Shown one piece after another: positions 30,766 through 44,300 of a DNA stretch of 64,000 nt. Position 1 is the stretch's first letter. Every line of letters starts with the position of its first letter. Source of the DNA: an uncultured Chloroflexia bacterium. Lineage in GTDB: Bacteria > Chloroflexota > Anaerolineae > CG2-30-64-16. Under the pieces are notes generated by a model. That model had not been told where the DNA came from and did not search any database. It was given only the letters and a program-made list of their open reading frames with translations. Made by a program: the position numbers and the translations under genes. The stretch covers positions 320,001 through 384,000 of the forward strand of contig CAWEMM010000006.1 in assembly GCA_963810095.1 (NCBI GenBank). The letters are read 5' to 3'.

Positions 30766-31317
30766 TCACACTACACGGCGAAATTCGCCGTACACCTCGG
30801 CCAGCGCTCCAGGGGTGTAGTGGGCGTTCAGGCCGCTGGGATTCGGTAGAATCCACAGCCGAGCCCCGCCGAGCCGCTCGGGCTGTTCGCCCAACACCGC
30901 GTTGCGCTGCCCGAAAGCGTCGCGGTAAGCGGTCACGCCCAGCACGGCGACCACCCGCGGGCCGTATTCGCGCACCTTCGCGGCCAGAACCCGGCCGCCT
31001 TCCAGCAGTTCCGCCGGGGTCAACTCGGCCGCGCTGGCTGTCGCGCGCGTCACGAGGTTCGTAATCCCGTAACCGAGCGGCAACAGGTCGCGCTCCTCCT
31101 GGGGCCGGAAGAGGCGGGGCGTGAAGCCGGCCGCGTACAACGTCGGCCAAAACCGGTTGCCCGGCCGCGCGAAGTGATGGCCGGTGTGCCCGGAGTAGAG
31201 GCCCGGGTTAATGCCGCAGAAGAGCACGGTCAGCCCGGGGCCGATGACGTCCGGCACGGTCTTGCCGTACGCTGCTTGGAGGTCGGCGGGCGTTGGTTTG
31301 GCAGGTGATGATCCCAT
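30766..31317 (-). CDS. mug: G/U mismatch-specific DNA glycosylase
   Basis: VLFCGINPGLYS, HHFARPGNRFW, LPNPSGLNAH. Confidence 0.92.
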   Translation of the reverse strand: MGSSPAKPTPADLQAAYGKTVPDVIGPGLTVLFCGINPGLYSGHTGHHFARPGNRFWPTLYAAGFTPRLFRPQEERDLLPLGYGITNLVTRATASAAELTPAELLEGGRVLAAKVREYGPRVVAVLGVTAYRDAFGQRNAVLGEQPERLGGARLWILPNPSGLNAHYTPGALAEVYGEFRRVV

Positions 31318-31512
31318 AAGGTAATTCTGCCCCTTGTAGCGTTGATCCGAGCGTGCTATGATGCACGACACAAACCTAACACAATCGCCGTGCACGAGCA
31401 ATTCCGAGGAATTCTGTGTCGCGCTGCTGCTCGGGGCCGCCAGCCACTTGTGCCGTATTCTCAGGATCGCGTCGGAAAGACGCCATCCGGTCGCGGGAAA
31501 GGAGCGGTCACC

Positions 31513-33369
31513 ATGTCGCCACAGATGGGCAAGACAGACTCCTATTTGCTGCAATCGCTGCGCAACCTCGCTACTTCCAGGGATCTCTTCGACGATGGTC
31601 CACCTCCCACCGTAACCATGTTGATCCGACTGCGTGACCCGGCCCGATTTGTCGCGCCCGCGGGCTTCGAGGAGCTTTCCCGCATCGGCAACATCATTTC
31701 CGGTCGCGGCACGGGCGAGGCGCTTGACCTGCTGCAAAGCGACCCGAACGTGCTAGGTATCGAGGCCAGCCGCCCGGCAAAAACGCCCGAGGGCGCACCC
31801 GTCGCGCCTGCCGCGCCGATGGCGGCGTTCGTGGGGCGCGCGGGCGCCGAGACGGCCGTCATCTCCTACCCGCTCAACTTCGTCCGGGCGGCAGCCGTGC
31901 ATCAGGGCGCGCCGGCCGAAACGGGAGACGCGTGCCTGGTCGCCGTCCTGGACGGCGGCATCGATGTCTTGCACCAGGCCTTCCGCGACGATGCCGGCGC
32001 GTGCCGTATCGTGGAGGTCTGGGACCAGACCGACCCCGCCGGCCCTTCGCCCCGCACGGTATATGACCGCGCACTCTCGGCGAACTACGGAACGGTTCAC
32101 ACGGCAGACGACATCACGCGCTACATCGCGTCGAATACCGTCCCCGACAAGTTGGCCCGGGGAGCCCCCCACGGCACCCATGTCGCTAGCATCGCGGCCG
32201 GCAGGGCGCTCGGCGTCATCGCACCCGGTGCGACCGCGGCGTACGGCGGCGGGGTTGCCCCCGGCGCCCGCATCGTCGCCGTGGTCACCAAGACCGACGT
32301 CGAAGCGGGCGACCCATTCAGCCTGGGGTACTCGACCAGCCACTGCGATGCCCTGGCCTACGTCCGTGCCGTCGCCGACCGGCTGAGGCTGCCCCTGGTC
32401 GTCAACGTCAGCCAGGGCATGAATGCCGGAGCGCACGACGGAACGTCGCTGCTCGAGACGGCCTTTGACGAGTTCACGGGCGGCGGCCGCGATCCGGGCG
32501 TTGCCATCGTGAAGGCGGCGGGCAACGAGCGAAATTTCGCGGGCCATGCGGCCCTCACCCTCGGATCCAACATGCTCGACACCCTCACGTGGGAGTCCCG
32601 GGCGCTCAGCCGGCCGCAGGACGTCTTCGAACTGTGGTTTGAAGCCTGCGACGAGCTGCGCTTCACGGTGGTCGATCCGACCGGCGAGCGCGTTGGGCCC
32701 GTGAGTTGGTCCGCGCTCGATGTGAGCCAGCCGCTGCTTTCGGGCAACGTCGTTTCGATGAGCTACACCCGCTACCACCACGACAACGGCGACAGCCGCT
32801 TGGTGCTGACGGTCGACGTGGGGCTGGGCCCGGCCGATCAGATTGCCGCTGGCGGATGGTCGCTCGAGATCGAAAGTGGGCTGGTGCGCTCCGACGGCAT
32901 CATCGACGCATGGGTCGAGCGGAACAACAGCCGGCCGGTTCTCTTCACAAACCATCTGGCCGAGCAAAGCACGCTGACCATCCCCGGTACGGCCCGCACC
33001 GTTATCGCGGTCGGCGCGGTCACCGCGGCCCTGCCGCTGTGGACGCCTGACTTCACTTCTTTCGGGCCGACCCGTGACGGCCGGCAGAAGCCTGAGGTGG
33101 TGGCCCCCGGCGTTAACATCGTCGGCGCAGATGCGCGCACCGGCACAGGCTGCTCGGTCATGTCGGGAACGAGCATGGCTGCGCCTCATGTCACCGGGGC
33201 CATTGCCCTGCTCTACTCGCACCTGAGCAAGCGGAAGCAACGGCTGCCGAACGCAGCACAGATCCGCGCCGCACTGACCCAGCAGACCCAGAACTTCACT
33301 GGCCGCTTCACCCCGGGCGGAGGTTACGGGGTGATCGACGTACAGGCACTGCTGGACGCGTTCAGCTGA
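31513..33369 (+). CDS. S8 subtilase (Csp-like, with inserted domain), no signal peptide
   Basis: Catalytic triad VAVLDGGID / HGTHVASIAAG / SGTSMAAPHVTG; oxyanion AAGNE; GGAG RBS. Confidence 0.92.
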   Translation: MSPQMGKTDSYLLQSLRNLATSRDLFDDGPPPTVTMLIRLRDPARFVAPAGFEELSRIGNIISGRGTGEALDLLQSDPNVLGIEASRPAKTPEGAPVAPAAPMAAFVGRAGAETAVISYPLNFVRAAAVHQGAPAETGDACLVAVLDGGIDVLHQAFRDDAGACRIVEVWDQTDPAGPSPRTVYDRALSANYGTVHTADDITRYIASNTVPDKLARGAPHGTHVASIAAGRALGVIAPGATAAYGGGVAPGARIVAVVTKTDVEAGDPFSLGYSTSHCDALAYVRAVADRLRLPLVVNVSQGMNAGAHDGTSLLETAFDEFTGGGRDPGVAIVKAAGNERNFAGHAALTLGSNMLDTLTWESRALSRPQDVFELWFEACDELRFTVVDPTGERVGPVSWSALDVSQPLLSGNVVSMSYTRYHHDNGDSRLVLTVDVGLGPADQIAAGGWSLEIESGLVRSDGIIDAWVERNNSRPVLFTNHLAEQSTLTIPGTARTVIAVGAVTAALPLWTPDFTSFGPTRDGRQKPEVVAPGVNIVGADARTGTGCSVMSGTSMAAPHVTGAIALLYSHLSKRKQRLPNAAQIRAALTQQTQNFTGRFTPGGGYGVIDVQALLDAFS

Positions 33370-33464
33370 CACCGGGATCACACCGGCTCGGGGCGTCTGG
33401 CCGTCGGGGTGACGCACCGAGCAAGAACGTCGCTTATTCTGGCGTTTTCTGTAGGAGGGGTTCG

Positions 33465-34709
33465 ATGTCCGAGATCGATTTTGTCTTCGAGGGTGGTGGG
33501 GCCAAGGGGATGGTGTTTGTCGGCGCGTTGCAGGAACTGTATGGCACCAACCGTTACACCCCGGGCCGGGTGCTGGGCACCTCTGCCGGTGCGATTACGG
33601 CCGCGCTGATGACTGCGGGCTACACGCCACAAGAAATGCTGGTCGCGCTGGCCGAGAAGGATGCGAACGGGAAACCCGTTTTCGCGGCGTTCATGGGCGA
33701 GCCGGCCGCGTTCGACGCAGCCGCCGTCCGGGGCAGCGACATCCGGAAGCTCCTCGGCGAACTCAACGTGCCGATCCTGCCCGACGGTACCGAGGCGAAG
33801 GTCGACGACTGGATCGCGACCCGGCTGGCGGGCGATGAGCGCGGCCGGCACCTGTTCGCGTTCGTGGAGCGCGGGGGTTGGTACTCGGCCGACGCCTTCC
33901 TGGCGTGGCTGCGGCAGAAACTCTGTACGGGGCAGTACAACGGGCAGCCGCGGGCGTTTGCGGACATGACGCTGAGCCAGTTCCATGACGCGACGGGCCG
34001 CGACGTGACACTCGTCGCCGCCGACACGACCTGGCAGCGCATGCTGCTGCTCAACCACCGCACTGCGCCCCAACTGCCGCTGGTCTACGGCGTGCGGATG
34101 TCGATGAGCGTTCCGCTGCTGTGGGAGGAAGTCGTGTGGCAGGCCGAGTGGGGTTCCTACTACACGTGGGACCCGAAGAGCGAACAACTGGCGCCGAACG
34201 ACATGACCGGCCACGAGATCGTCGACGGCGGTCTGCTGTCGAACTTCCCCATCTCGCTCTTCATGGCGTCGCGTGCCGATGTCGCCGCCATCGTTGGTCC
34301 GCCCAAGGCCAAAAACGTGCTTGGCCTGTTGATTGACGAAACCATCCCCGTGCCCAACCGGCCGGCCCGGCCCGCGGCCGCAGGACTGGGTGCGGCCGTC
34401 GGCGCCCTCATGGTCGTGAAGCGACTGCAGCAGTTGGCTAATACCGCCACCTGCGCGCATGACAACATGGCCAAGGCGATCTTCGCGGCCAACGTCGTCC
34501 GGCTGCCTGCCGGCGGCTACACCACGACCCAATTCGACATGACGGATGAAGAACGCAAGGCGCTGATCGACGCAGGGCGGAACGCGATGCGCGACTTCCT
34601 GTCCACGCAGACGGTGCTCGAAGCCGCGGGAGGCGAGATCGACCTGTCTGTGACGGATGCGGCACGGGCGGCCGCCAACGCTGCTGCGGGCGCGATCGTC
34701 GGGCCCTGA
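33465..34709 (+). CDS. Patatin-like phospholipase
   Basis: FEGGGAKG, GTSAG, RMSMSVP, VDGGLLSNFP; AGGAGG RBS. Confidence 0.92.
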   Translation: MSEIDFVFEGGGAKGMVFVGALQELYGTNRYTPGRVLGTSAGAITAALMTAGYTPQEMLVALAEKDANGKPVFAAFMGEPAAFDAAAVRGSDIRKLLGELNVPILPDGTEAKVDDWIATRLAGDERGRHLFAFVERGGWYSADAFLAWLRQKLCTGQYNGQPRAFADMTLSQFHDATGRDVTLVAADTTWQRMLLLNHRTAPQLPLVYGVRMSMSVPLLWEEVVWQAEWGSYYTWDPKSEQLAPNDMTGHEIVDGGLLSNFPISLFMASRADVAAIVGPPKAKNVLGLLIDETIPVPNRPARPAAAGLGAAVGALMVVKRLQQLANTATCAHDNMAKAIFAANVVRLPAGGYTTTQFDMTDEERKALIDAGRNAMRDFLSTQTVLEAAGGEIDLSVTDAARAAANAAAGAIVGP

Positions 34710-34725
34710 GGCTGGCGCTAAGGAC

Positions 34726-34755
34726 AAGAAAAAGCCCGGACAGCGCCGTCCGGGC
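34726..34755 (-). terminator. Intrinsic terminator-like hairpin, U-tract on minus strand
   Basis: Minus strand reads gcccggac-ggcgct-gtccgggc-tttttctt. Confidence 0.55.
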
Positions 34756-34912
34756 AGAAGCATTCTGGAGACGAAACGGGTCCTTCGGCTGGCATCTCGG
34801 AGACGCCGCCGCGGCTCTTTGCCTCAGATTTGCCCACACTAGCAGATACGATTTTTCCTGCCAGGAGGTTCCACAAGCTATACTGCAGACAACTCTGCAG
34901 AAAGCATCGTCA

Positions 34913-36388
34913 ATGACCATCCAACATCTGGCGCAGTTGATCTCCTACCCCGATTCACTGGGAGGCGACCTCCGCGGCCTCCACCAGTTCCTGCAGCGCG
35001 ATCTTCGGGGCGTCTTCGGCGGGGTCCACGTGCTGCCGCCCTTCCCTTCGTCGGGCGATCGCGGCTTCGCGCCGACCGACTACCGGCGCATTGAGCCGGC
35101 GTTCGGCACATGGGAAGACCTGGCGGCCATCGGCGCCGAGTTCGACTTGACCGTCGACCTGATGGTCAACCACATCTCCCGGCGCTCCCCCGAGTTTCAG
35201 GATTTCCTCGCGCACGGCCGAGCGTCGCCGTTTGCCGACCTGTTCATTACGCTGGAAAAGGTGTGGCCCGGCGGCGAACCGCATCCTGAAGACGCAAGCC
35301 GCATCTTCCTCCGCCGGCCCAGGCCGCCCTTCTCCAGCGTAACCGTCGCCGAGACGGGTGCGGTCGAGCGCATCTGGACTACGTTCGGCAAAACCGAGCC
35401 TTCAGAGCAAATCGACCTCGACATCCGGTCGCCGCTCACCCGGCGCATGATCGTGGACCATCTGCGGTTCTTCCGCGAGCGCAACGTGCGGATCGTCCGC
35501 CTGGATGCCGTCGGCTATGTCATTAAGAAGCCGGGACGAGCTGCTTCATGGTCGAGCCGGAGATCTACGAGGTGTTGGACTGGCTGACAGAGGAAGCGGA
35601 CGCCCTGGGGTTGACCTTGCTGCCCGAGGTGCACGCCGAGCCGGGCATCCAGAGCAGGCTGGCGGAGCACGGCTACTGGGTGTACGACTTCGTGCTGCCG
35701 CTTGCTCGTGCTGCACACGATCGACCACGGGTTCGGGTGCGAAGCTAAGCGCCTATCTCAGAACGCTGCCCGCGCCGGCAGTTCACCATGCTCGACTGCC
35801 ACGATGGCATCCCCGTTCAGCCCGACCTCGACGGGTTACTGACGCAGCGACGAGATGCAGGCCGTGGTGGATCAGTGCCTGGTGCGCGGAGCCAACGTCA
35901 GCCCGCTGCTGAGCGTTGGCGGGCAGCCCGCCCGGACGTGCGAGGCGCACCAGGTTAACATCACCTACTACTCCGCGCTCGGTGAGGACGACACGGCCTA
36001 CCTGCTCGCCCGTGCGCTCCAGTTGTTCGCGCCCGGCATTCCGCAGGTGTACTATGTCGGCCTGCTGGCGGGCAAGAACGACGCCAGGGCCGTCGCGGCC
36101 GCCGGGGACGGCCGGGCCATCAACCGCCACAATTACACGGCCGGCGAGGCCGAACGAGACCTCCGTAAGCCCGTCGTCCAGCGGCTGCTGGCCCTGATCC
36201 GCCTGCGGAACGAGCACCCGGCGTTCCGCGGCGCGTTGACCGTGCTCGACGCGGCGCCGCACGAGGTGCGCCTGGAGTGGCGCCGCGACAAAGCTTACGC
36301 CCGGCTGGAGGTCGACCTGCGCGTGCCCCGTGCGCTGGTGACGTGCGGGGATGGCGAGCGAGTGACGCACGAGGAACGCATCGGCTGA
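34913..36388 (+). CDS. GH13_18 sucrose phosphorylase family, sucrose-6F-phosphate phosphorylase-like (several frameshifts)
   Basis: GVHVLPPFPSSGDRGFAP, DLMVNHIS, WTTFGKTEPSEQIDLD, RLDAVGY, LPEVH, MLDCHDGIP, HQVNITYYSAL, APGIPQVYYVG. Confidence 0.85.
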
Positions 36389-36389
36389 C

Positions 36390-37160
36390 TCAAGGGGATA
36401 GGTCGCCCGGCGTGTCGCCGCCCGGCGTGTCGCCGCCCCCGCCCACGTCGCCGCTGCGCTTCGGCCGGGGTTTGGGCTTAGGCCGAGGCTTGCCGCTCGG
36501 TTTGGACGAGGGCTTGGGTTTCGGTTTCGGCTTTGCACCGGTTGCGGCGTGCGCTGCGGGCTTGGGCTTCGGCTTGGCCGACGCGCTGGGTTTGGGCCGG
36601 GGCTTGGCCGTGGGCTTTGGCTTGGGTTTGGGCTTCGGCTTGGGTTTGGGCTTCGGCTTCGACTGGGCCGACGTCTTGCCGAGCCCGAGCGCCTTGAGCA
36701 CGGCCACGATCACCCCGAGCGCGCCCTTCTTGTTCAGCCCCGTGCGGCGCATAATCTCCTGCAGCAGGCCCGTGCCTGACAGCGCGTCGGCTGCGCCCGC
36801 CTTACCCTCCGCCAGGTCAACCAGCGCGGCCCGCGAGACGCCGCCTTCGGCCTGCTCGCCGCGCAGCAGGGCGCCGGCAAGCAGGGGCACGATCGCCTGG
36901 AGTACCGCCGGAGAAATTCCTGACTCGCCTGCCTGGGCGGAAACGTCGAGGGTGTCGCCACCCATCAGCGCGCCCAACAGGTCGCCCAGCCCACCGCCCT
37001 GCGCCGCGAGACCGCCTGTGGTCTCCGCGGCATCGGCGCCGCCCAGCAAGCCCCCGAGCAGCCCGCCCAGGTCGATGCCGCGGTTCGCGTCCGGGCCGCT
37101 GAGCTCCTCGCCCGGCGCGGCCTCACTGCCGTGCGGGTCCGTTTCGTCTGGCCGCTTCAT
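36390..37160 (-). CDS. Hypothetical protein with Gly/Leu-rich domain and Lys-Pro low-complexity tail
   Basis: Open 256-aa frame, GGGAGG RBS, (KP)n runs and GGDTP repeats. Confidence 0.65.
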   Translation of the reverse strand: MKRPDETDPHGSEAAPGEELSGPDANRGIDLGGLLGGLLGGADAAETTGGLAAQGGGLGDLLGALMGGDTLDVSAQAGESGISPAVLQAIVPLLAGALLRGEQAEGGVSRAALVDLAEGKAGAADALSGTGLLQEIMRRTGLNKKGALGVIVAVLKALGLGKTSAQSKPKPKPKPKPKPKPKPTAKPRPKPSASAKPKPKPAAHAATGAKPKPKPKPSSKPSGKPRPKPKPRPKRSGDVGGGGDTPGGDTPGDLSP

Positions 37161-37181
37161 TCTGCCCTCCCGGCGCGGATT

Positions 37182-37717
37182 CTACCACAACTCGAACGGC
37201 CGCCACTCGGCGGTCAGCGGCTGAGAAAGGTCCAGGCTGCCCGTTCGGGGCGTACGATACACCAGGACCGTTTCATTCGGCGTTTCGCTCACGGCGCCGT
37301 CCTTGTCGATCCACAGCGGCCCTTGCCAGCGCTCCCAGCCGAGCTTCACATACCAGGGCTCCACGGCGGGCGAGAGCGCGCCGAGCGGATAGGGGGCAAT
37401 TTCGGCCTGGAGCCGGCGCATGACTGCCTCGCCGTAGCCATGCCGGCGATAGTCGGATGTGTCGCCACCCCTTCCACGTAGGCGGCCGTGAACCAGGGCC
37501 CTTCTCCGACCCGCATGGGCCGGTCGAGCCACAGCGCGTGGGAGACCAGGCGCTCGTCCACGTAACCGAGCACGTGCGTGCGAACGGGGACGAGGTCGAG
37601 CAGGTATTGGTAGTCGATGTTGAAGACCCCGCCGCAGAGGTCGACAACCGCGGCGGTTTCCGCGGGGGTCAGGTCCGCTGACCGCACAACTTTCTCTCTG
37701 AAACAACTACCAGTCAT
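37182..37717 (-). CDS. GNAT acetyltransferase, AAC(2')-like (frameshift near 37455)
   Basis: LVSHALW, AAYVEGVATHP(D)YRRHGYG, LGALS, WYVKLGWERWQGP, C-terminal TAEWRPFELW. Confidence 0.75.
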
Positions 37718-37753
37718 TCTCACGAATCCTATCAGCCCAGTTGTCGAGAGGAC

Positions 37754-37791
37754 AAAAATAAGTCCCGACTCGCGATGAGCCGGGACTTATT
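37754..37791 (-). terminator. Intrinsic terminator downstream of ppdK
   Basis: Minus strand aataagtcccg..cgggacttattttt. Confidence 0.75.
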
Positions 37792-37817
37792 ACAGTGTAT
37801 GAGCCGTAACGACGCGC

Positions 37818-40563
<2,746 letters not shown>

Positions 40564-40818
40564 AATACTGGTGCCTCCTAAAGAATGCGCCGCGCCGTCG
40601 CGCCTGGTAGGGGGTCAACGGAGCCGTCAGGACCCCAGCAGCACGTACGGCGGCGAGACGAATGTCCGGTCGATGGTTTATGTCGCGTAACACCGCCCGA
40701 AGCATCCACTTCGGGCGGTTCTGAACGATTATAGATGAAGGGGGGAGTTTGGCCAAAAACCGGGCGCAAAGCCCTGAGCGGGGAGGTTAGCCGCTGGCCG
40801 GAGCACGGACCGCGCCGG

Positions 40819-41115
40819 TTAGTCGTTCCAGCGCTCGTCGTCGATGCCTTCTTCTTCTTCCTCTTCCTCTTCCTCGTCGAGGTCGTTCCAGCTGTCTTCG
40901 CCGAGCTCGTCGATCTCCAGGTCTTCCTCGTCTTCATCTTCCCAATTGAGGTCTTCGACCTGGCTCGGCAGATCCATCTCGTCGCCCGCTTCTTCCGGGA
41001 TTTCCTCATAGGTCGCGCAGTAACCCTCGCGATCGATGCGGATCTCTTCTGCGCCGCAGACGCCGTTGTCCCAGTTGACACAGTCGGCTAGCTTGCAGAA
41101 AACCTTAACGCTCAT
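40819..41115 (-). CDS. Small Cys-containing (DUF1540-like) protein with acidic tail
   Basis: CKLADCVNWDNGVC..GYCATY followed by a D/E-rich tail; GAGGAG RBS. Confidence 0.75.
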   Translation of the reverse strand: MSVKVFCKLADCVNWDNGVCGAEEIRIDREGYCATYEEIPEEAGDEMDLPSQVEDLNWEDEDEEDLEIDELGEDSWNDLDEEEEEEEEEGIDDERWND

Positions 41116-41287
41116 GGCTCCTCCTCGCGGACGCGGGCATGGTTAGGGTGAGGGGCTACGCGTGCACGCTGCGCCGGCCTATCGGCGTTGCACACGTCCA
41201 CGCGGGCGGGAGAATGCCACAAGTTGCGTAAGTGTGCAAATCGCGGTCAGGGGGTATGGATGGGACGCGCTCTGCGCCGCCCGAAGA

Positions 41288-41324
41288 GAAAGCCCCCGCC
41301 CGAACGAATCGAGCGGGGGCTTTC
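41288..41324. terminator. Intrinsic terminator after the extracellular nuclease gene
   Basis: gaaagcccccgc..gcgggggctttc. Confidence 0.75.
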
Positions 41325-41363
41325 GCATCACCTATCAGGAGCGACTACGACACGGACCAGACA

Positions 41364-44300
41364 CTAGGGCCTGAGCCCGAAGTTCACTGTGGCAGTCTGG
41401 CCCGTTGCCGGAACCGTCACGGTGATCTTGTACGTGGCCGGACGGGTCGGGCAGCGACTTGGTGCCCAGGTTGTAGATGTACTGGTTATCAGGTGCGCCG
41501 CTCCACCGCATGACGCCGTGGTGTCGCGTTGCTGGTACGAGATCGGCTCGTTGATGCTTGCCCGACGGGTGTAGCCCGACAGGCCAGCACTGACCTTGAT
41601 CGTCGGCGCCAGGTTCGACGGATACGAACCGTCGCAGTTCTGGAACCGGATCTTGACCGGGATGGTGCTGCCGTACTTGAACACGCTGGTGCCATCCGGG
41701 TTGAGCGGCTGCAGGAAGCCGCTGGTCTTGTAGTTGACCGTAACCGATCGCGGTTGCCGAGCCCGCGCCGCCGTCGTCGTCGGTCACCGTGATCGCTGCC
41801 GTGTAGGTGCCCGCCGTCGCATAGGTGTGCGCGAGCGAGAACGAAGTGACGTAGCCGGGGCGACGTTCTGCGTGTTGCCGTCGCCCCAGTCGATCACGGC
41901 GCGTGTGCGTGTCGGCGACGCCGGGATCGGTGAAGGTCGACAGCGAGCGTGGCGTTGTTCGGGCCGCAGCTCACGCCCGGGCCGCGCTGAACGACGCCGT
42001 GACGGTCGGGGCCACGTTGTTGACGTTAACGGTCGCGTGTGGCCACCGTGCTAAAGCCAGCGGGATCGGTTGCCTGCACCTTGACGGTGTAGCTCGAAGG
42101 CCCGTCGAGTTGCGAGGCATCGAACGTCGCCGACTGCCCGCTCGTCTCGAACGTGCCGTCGTTGTCCAGGTCCCACGCGTACGTGAGCGTGTCGCCGTTC
42201 GGGTCCGAGCCGGTCGCGCTCAGCGTGACGCTGCTGCCTTCGTTCACCGAGTACGGCCCGCCGGCATTGACCGTCGGCGGCGCGTTCGGGGTGAGGCCGA
42301 CGACGACCGGGTCATGATCCGAGATGCGGAACTGATCGGGTGCGTAGAGGCTGTTGATCAGGTTGGCCGTCTTGAAGTCGGTGTTGTAGTCGAGCACCGA
42401 GGGCTCGTCGGCGTTGATGTGGTAGTCGGCTACGCCGCGCGACCTGGCCACGAGGCTGGCCGAGCCGAGTGGCATGGTCGAGATAGCCCCACTGCCCGTC
42501 GAAGACATAGGAGTAAGCGTCCGGGCCGACGAAGGACGCGATCAGGTTGGTGAACCCGCCGTTCTTGATCGTCGTGATCGGGTCTTCCATCGCGTAGGAG
42601 TTGTAGTCGCCGAGCATGAGGATGTCCGGATCGCCCGTGCCGGTCGGATCGGTGGCGAACCAGCTCAGTCAGCTCGTTGGCCGCATTGACGCGCACCTGG
42701 TTGCAGTTGCCCTGCCCATCGCCCGTATCCGGCGCATCACAGGCCGAGCCCTTGCTCTTCAGGTGGTTGATGTCGACGATGAAAATCGCGCCGGTCGCGT
42801 TGACCTTGAAGGCCTGCATCAGCGACGGGCGGCTGCGCGGCGCGCCGTCGCCGCCGTTGACGAACGCGACCGAATTCAGTACAGCCGTCTGGCCGACCGG
42901 CGTCACCACGGCCGGCTTGTAGACCATGCCGACCTTGATCGCGTCGGTGCCGAGCGCATTGACCTGCCCGGTGGTCGCATCCGCATCGATGAAGGCGTAG
43001 GTGCCCGGCGCAGTCGCGGCGTTGAGCTTGTCGACCAGGAACTGCGATGGAGCTGTCGGGCCGTAGCCGTCGTTCTCGATTTCGTTGAACCCGAAGACAT
43101 CCGGGTTCATCGCCAGTCATGGCGGCAACCGTCTTGGGCCACTGGCGGTCGAACTCGGTTGAGTGTCTGCGCCGCGGCAGTCGGTGGCCAGCTGCCGACG
43201 CCGTTGTAGCAGTTGTCGACGTTGTCCGTGCAGCCGTCGAACGTGTTGAAGAAGTTGAGCAGGTTCATGCCGACGACGCGGACGGTGCCGCCGACCTCAG
43301 GTGCAGAGGTCGGCCGCGGGTTGGCCGCGCTCGAAGTTCACGTAGCCGTCCAGCGCGTTGATCGGGCGGATGCGGTAAGCGTTGGCGCTGGCACTGTTGC
43401 CGCGCCCAGGTGTAGTTCAGTACGCCCACGATGCCCGTCGCCGTGTCGCCGCCGCGCAGCGTGTTCGACGCCGACAGCGGCTGCCCGCCGCGGGCAAAGA
43501 CGATCGGGTCGGGGTTCTGCGCCTGCGACGCGTCGTCCAGGATGATCTTGTTCAGGTTGTTCTGCGCCTGCAGTGCGTTCGCAGCGGTCGCCCGGCGTCG
43601 ACGACGTTGGTCGGCTGCTTGAGGCGCGGCCGCCGGACGAGAGCACCACCTGGCCGAACCGGCCAAGCTGGAAGTGCTCGGTCACGTACATCGTCTGCGG
43701 CAGGCGGACGAGCATGCCCTCGTACTGCTCGAGGAAGTCAGCGCTCGCGACCGGGAAGGTCACATCGGTCGGGGTGACGCGTGCCCGTGCCGCACTTGAC
43801 GATCGTGCCGACGCTGATCTGGCTCTGGCCCTGGTTCTCGCCTGCCGTGCCCGTCACGCGCACCACATCGCCCAGGGTGACGGTGTCGGCGTTGCTGCCC
43901 TCGAAGACGAAGATGCCGTCCGAGGTAGCCGGGTTGCCGTCGCCGGTCGGGTCCTGGATGTAGAAGCCGCGGAGCGCGGGGGAAGCGCCCTCGTAGTCGG
44001 CCACCACAACGCCCTGGGTCGTGCGGGTGCCGGTGAGGGCAACCGTCGCGCCGCTGCCCTGGATCTGCCGGGATGGGCGTGTAAGGCTGCGCGCAGACGT
44101 TCGTGTCGTCGTTGGTGATCGTGCCCTGCCCCTGACCGTCCGTGACGGTCGCGCCGGTGACATTGGTCACATTGACGAAGAAGGTCTCGTCCGGCTCACC
44201 GTCGTATCGCCGTTGACCAGCACGCTGAAGGTGTAGGTCGAGCTGCCGGCCGGGATTGTCTGGCCGGTCAGCGACTTGGCGGTGTAGTCAGCGGGAGCCG

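Noticed and set aside
33465-34709. CBASS capV assignment
   Set aside because: No CD-NTase or cap2/cap3 genes are adjacent.
34780-34840. c-di-GMP-I riboswitch (GGCAAA..GCAAAG on minus strand)
   Set aside because: Lacks the GNRA-capped P2 and GACGCAAAG core spacing, and has no downstream gene.
40565-40735. Riboswitch in the ppdK leader (hairpin accgcccgaag/cttcgggcggt)
   Set aside because: Only isolated GC-rich hairpins; no known consensus or expression platform.
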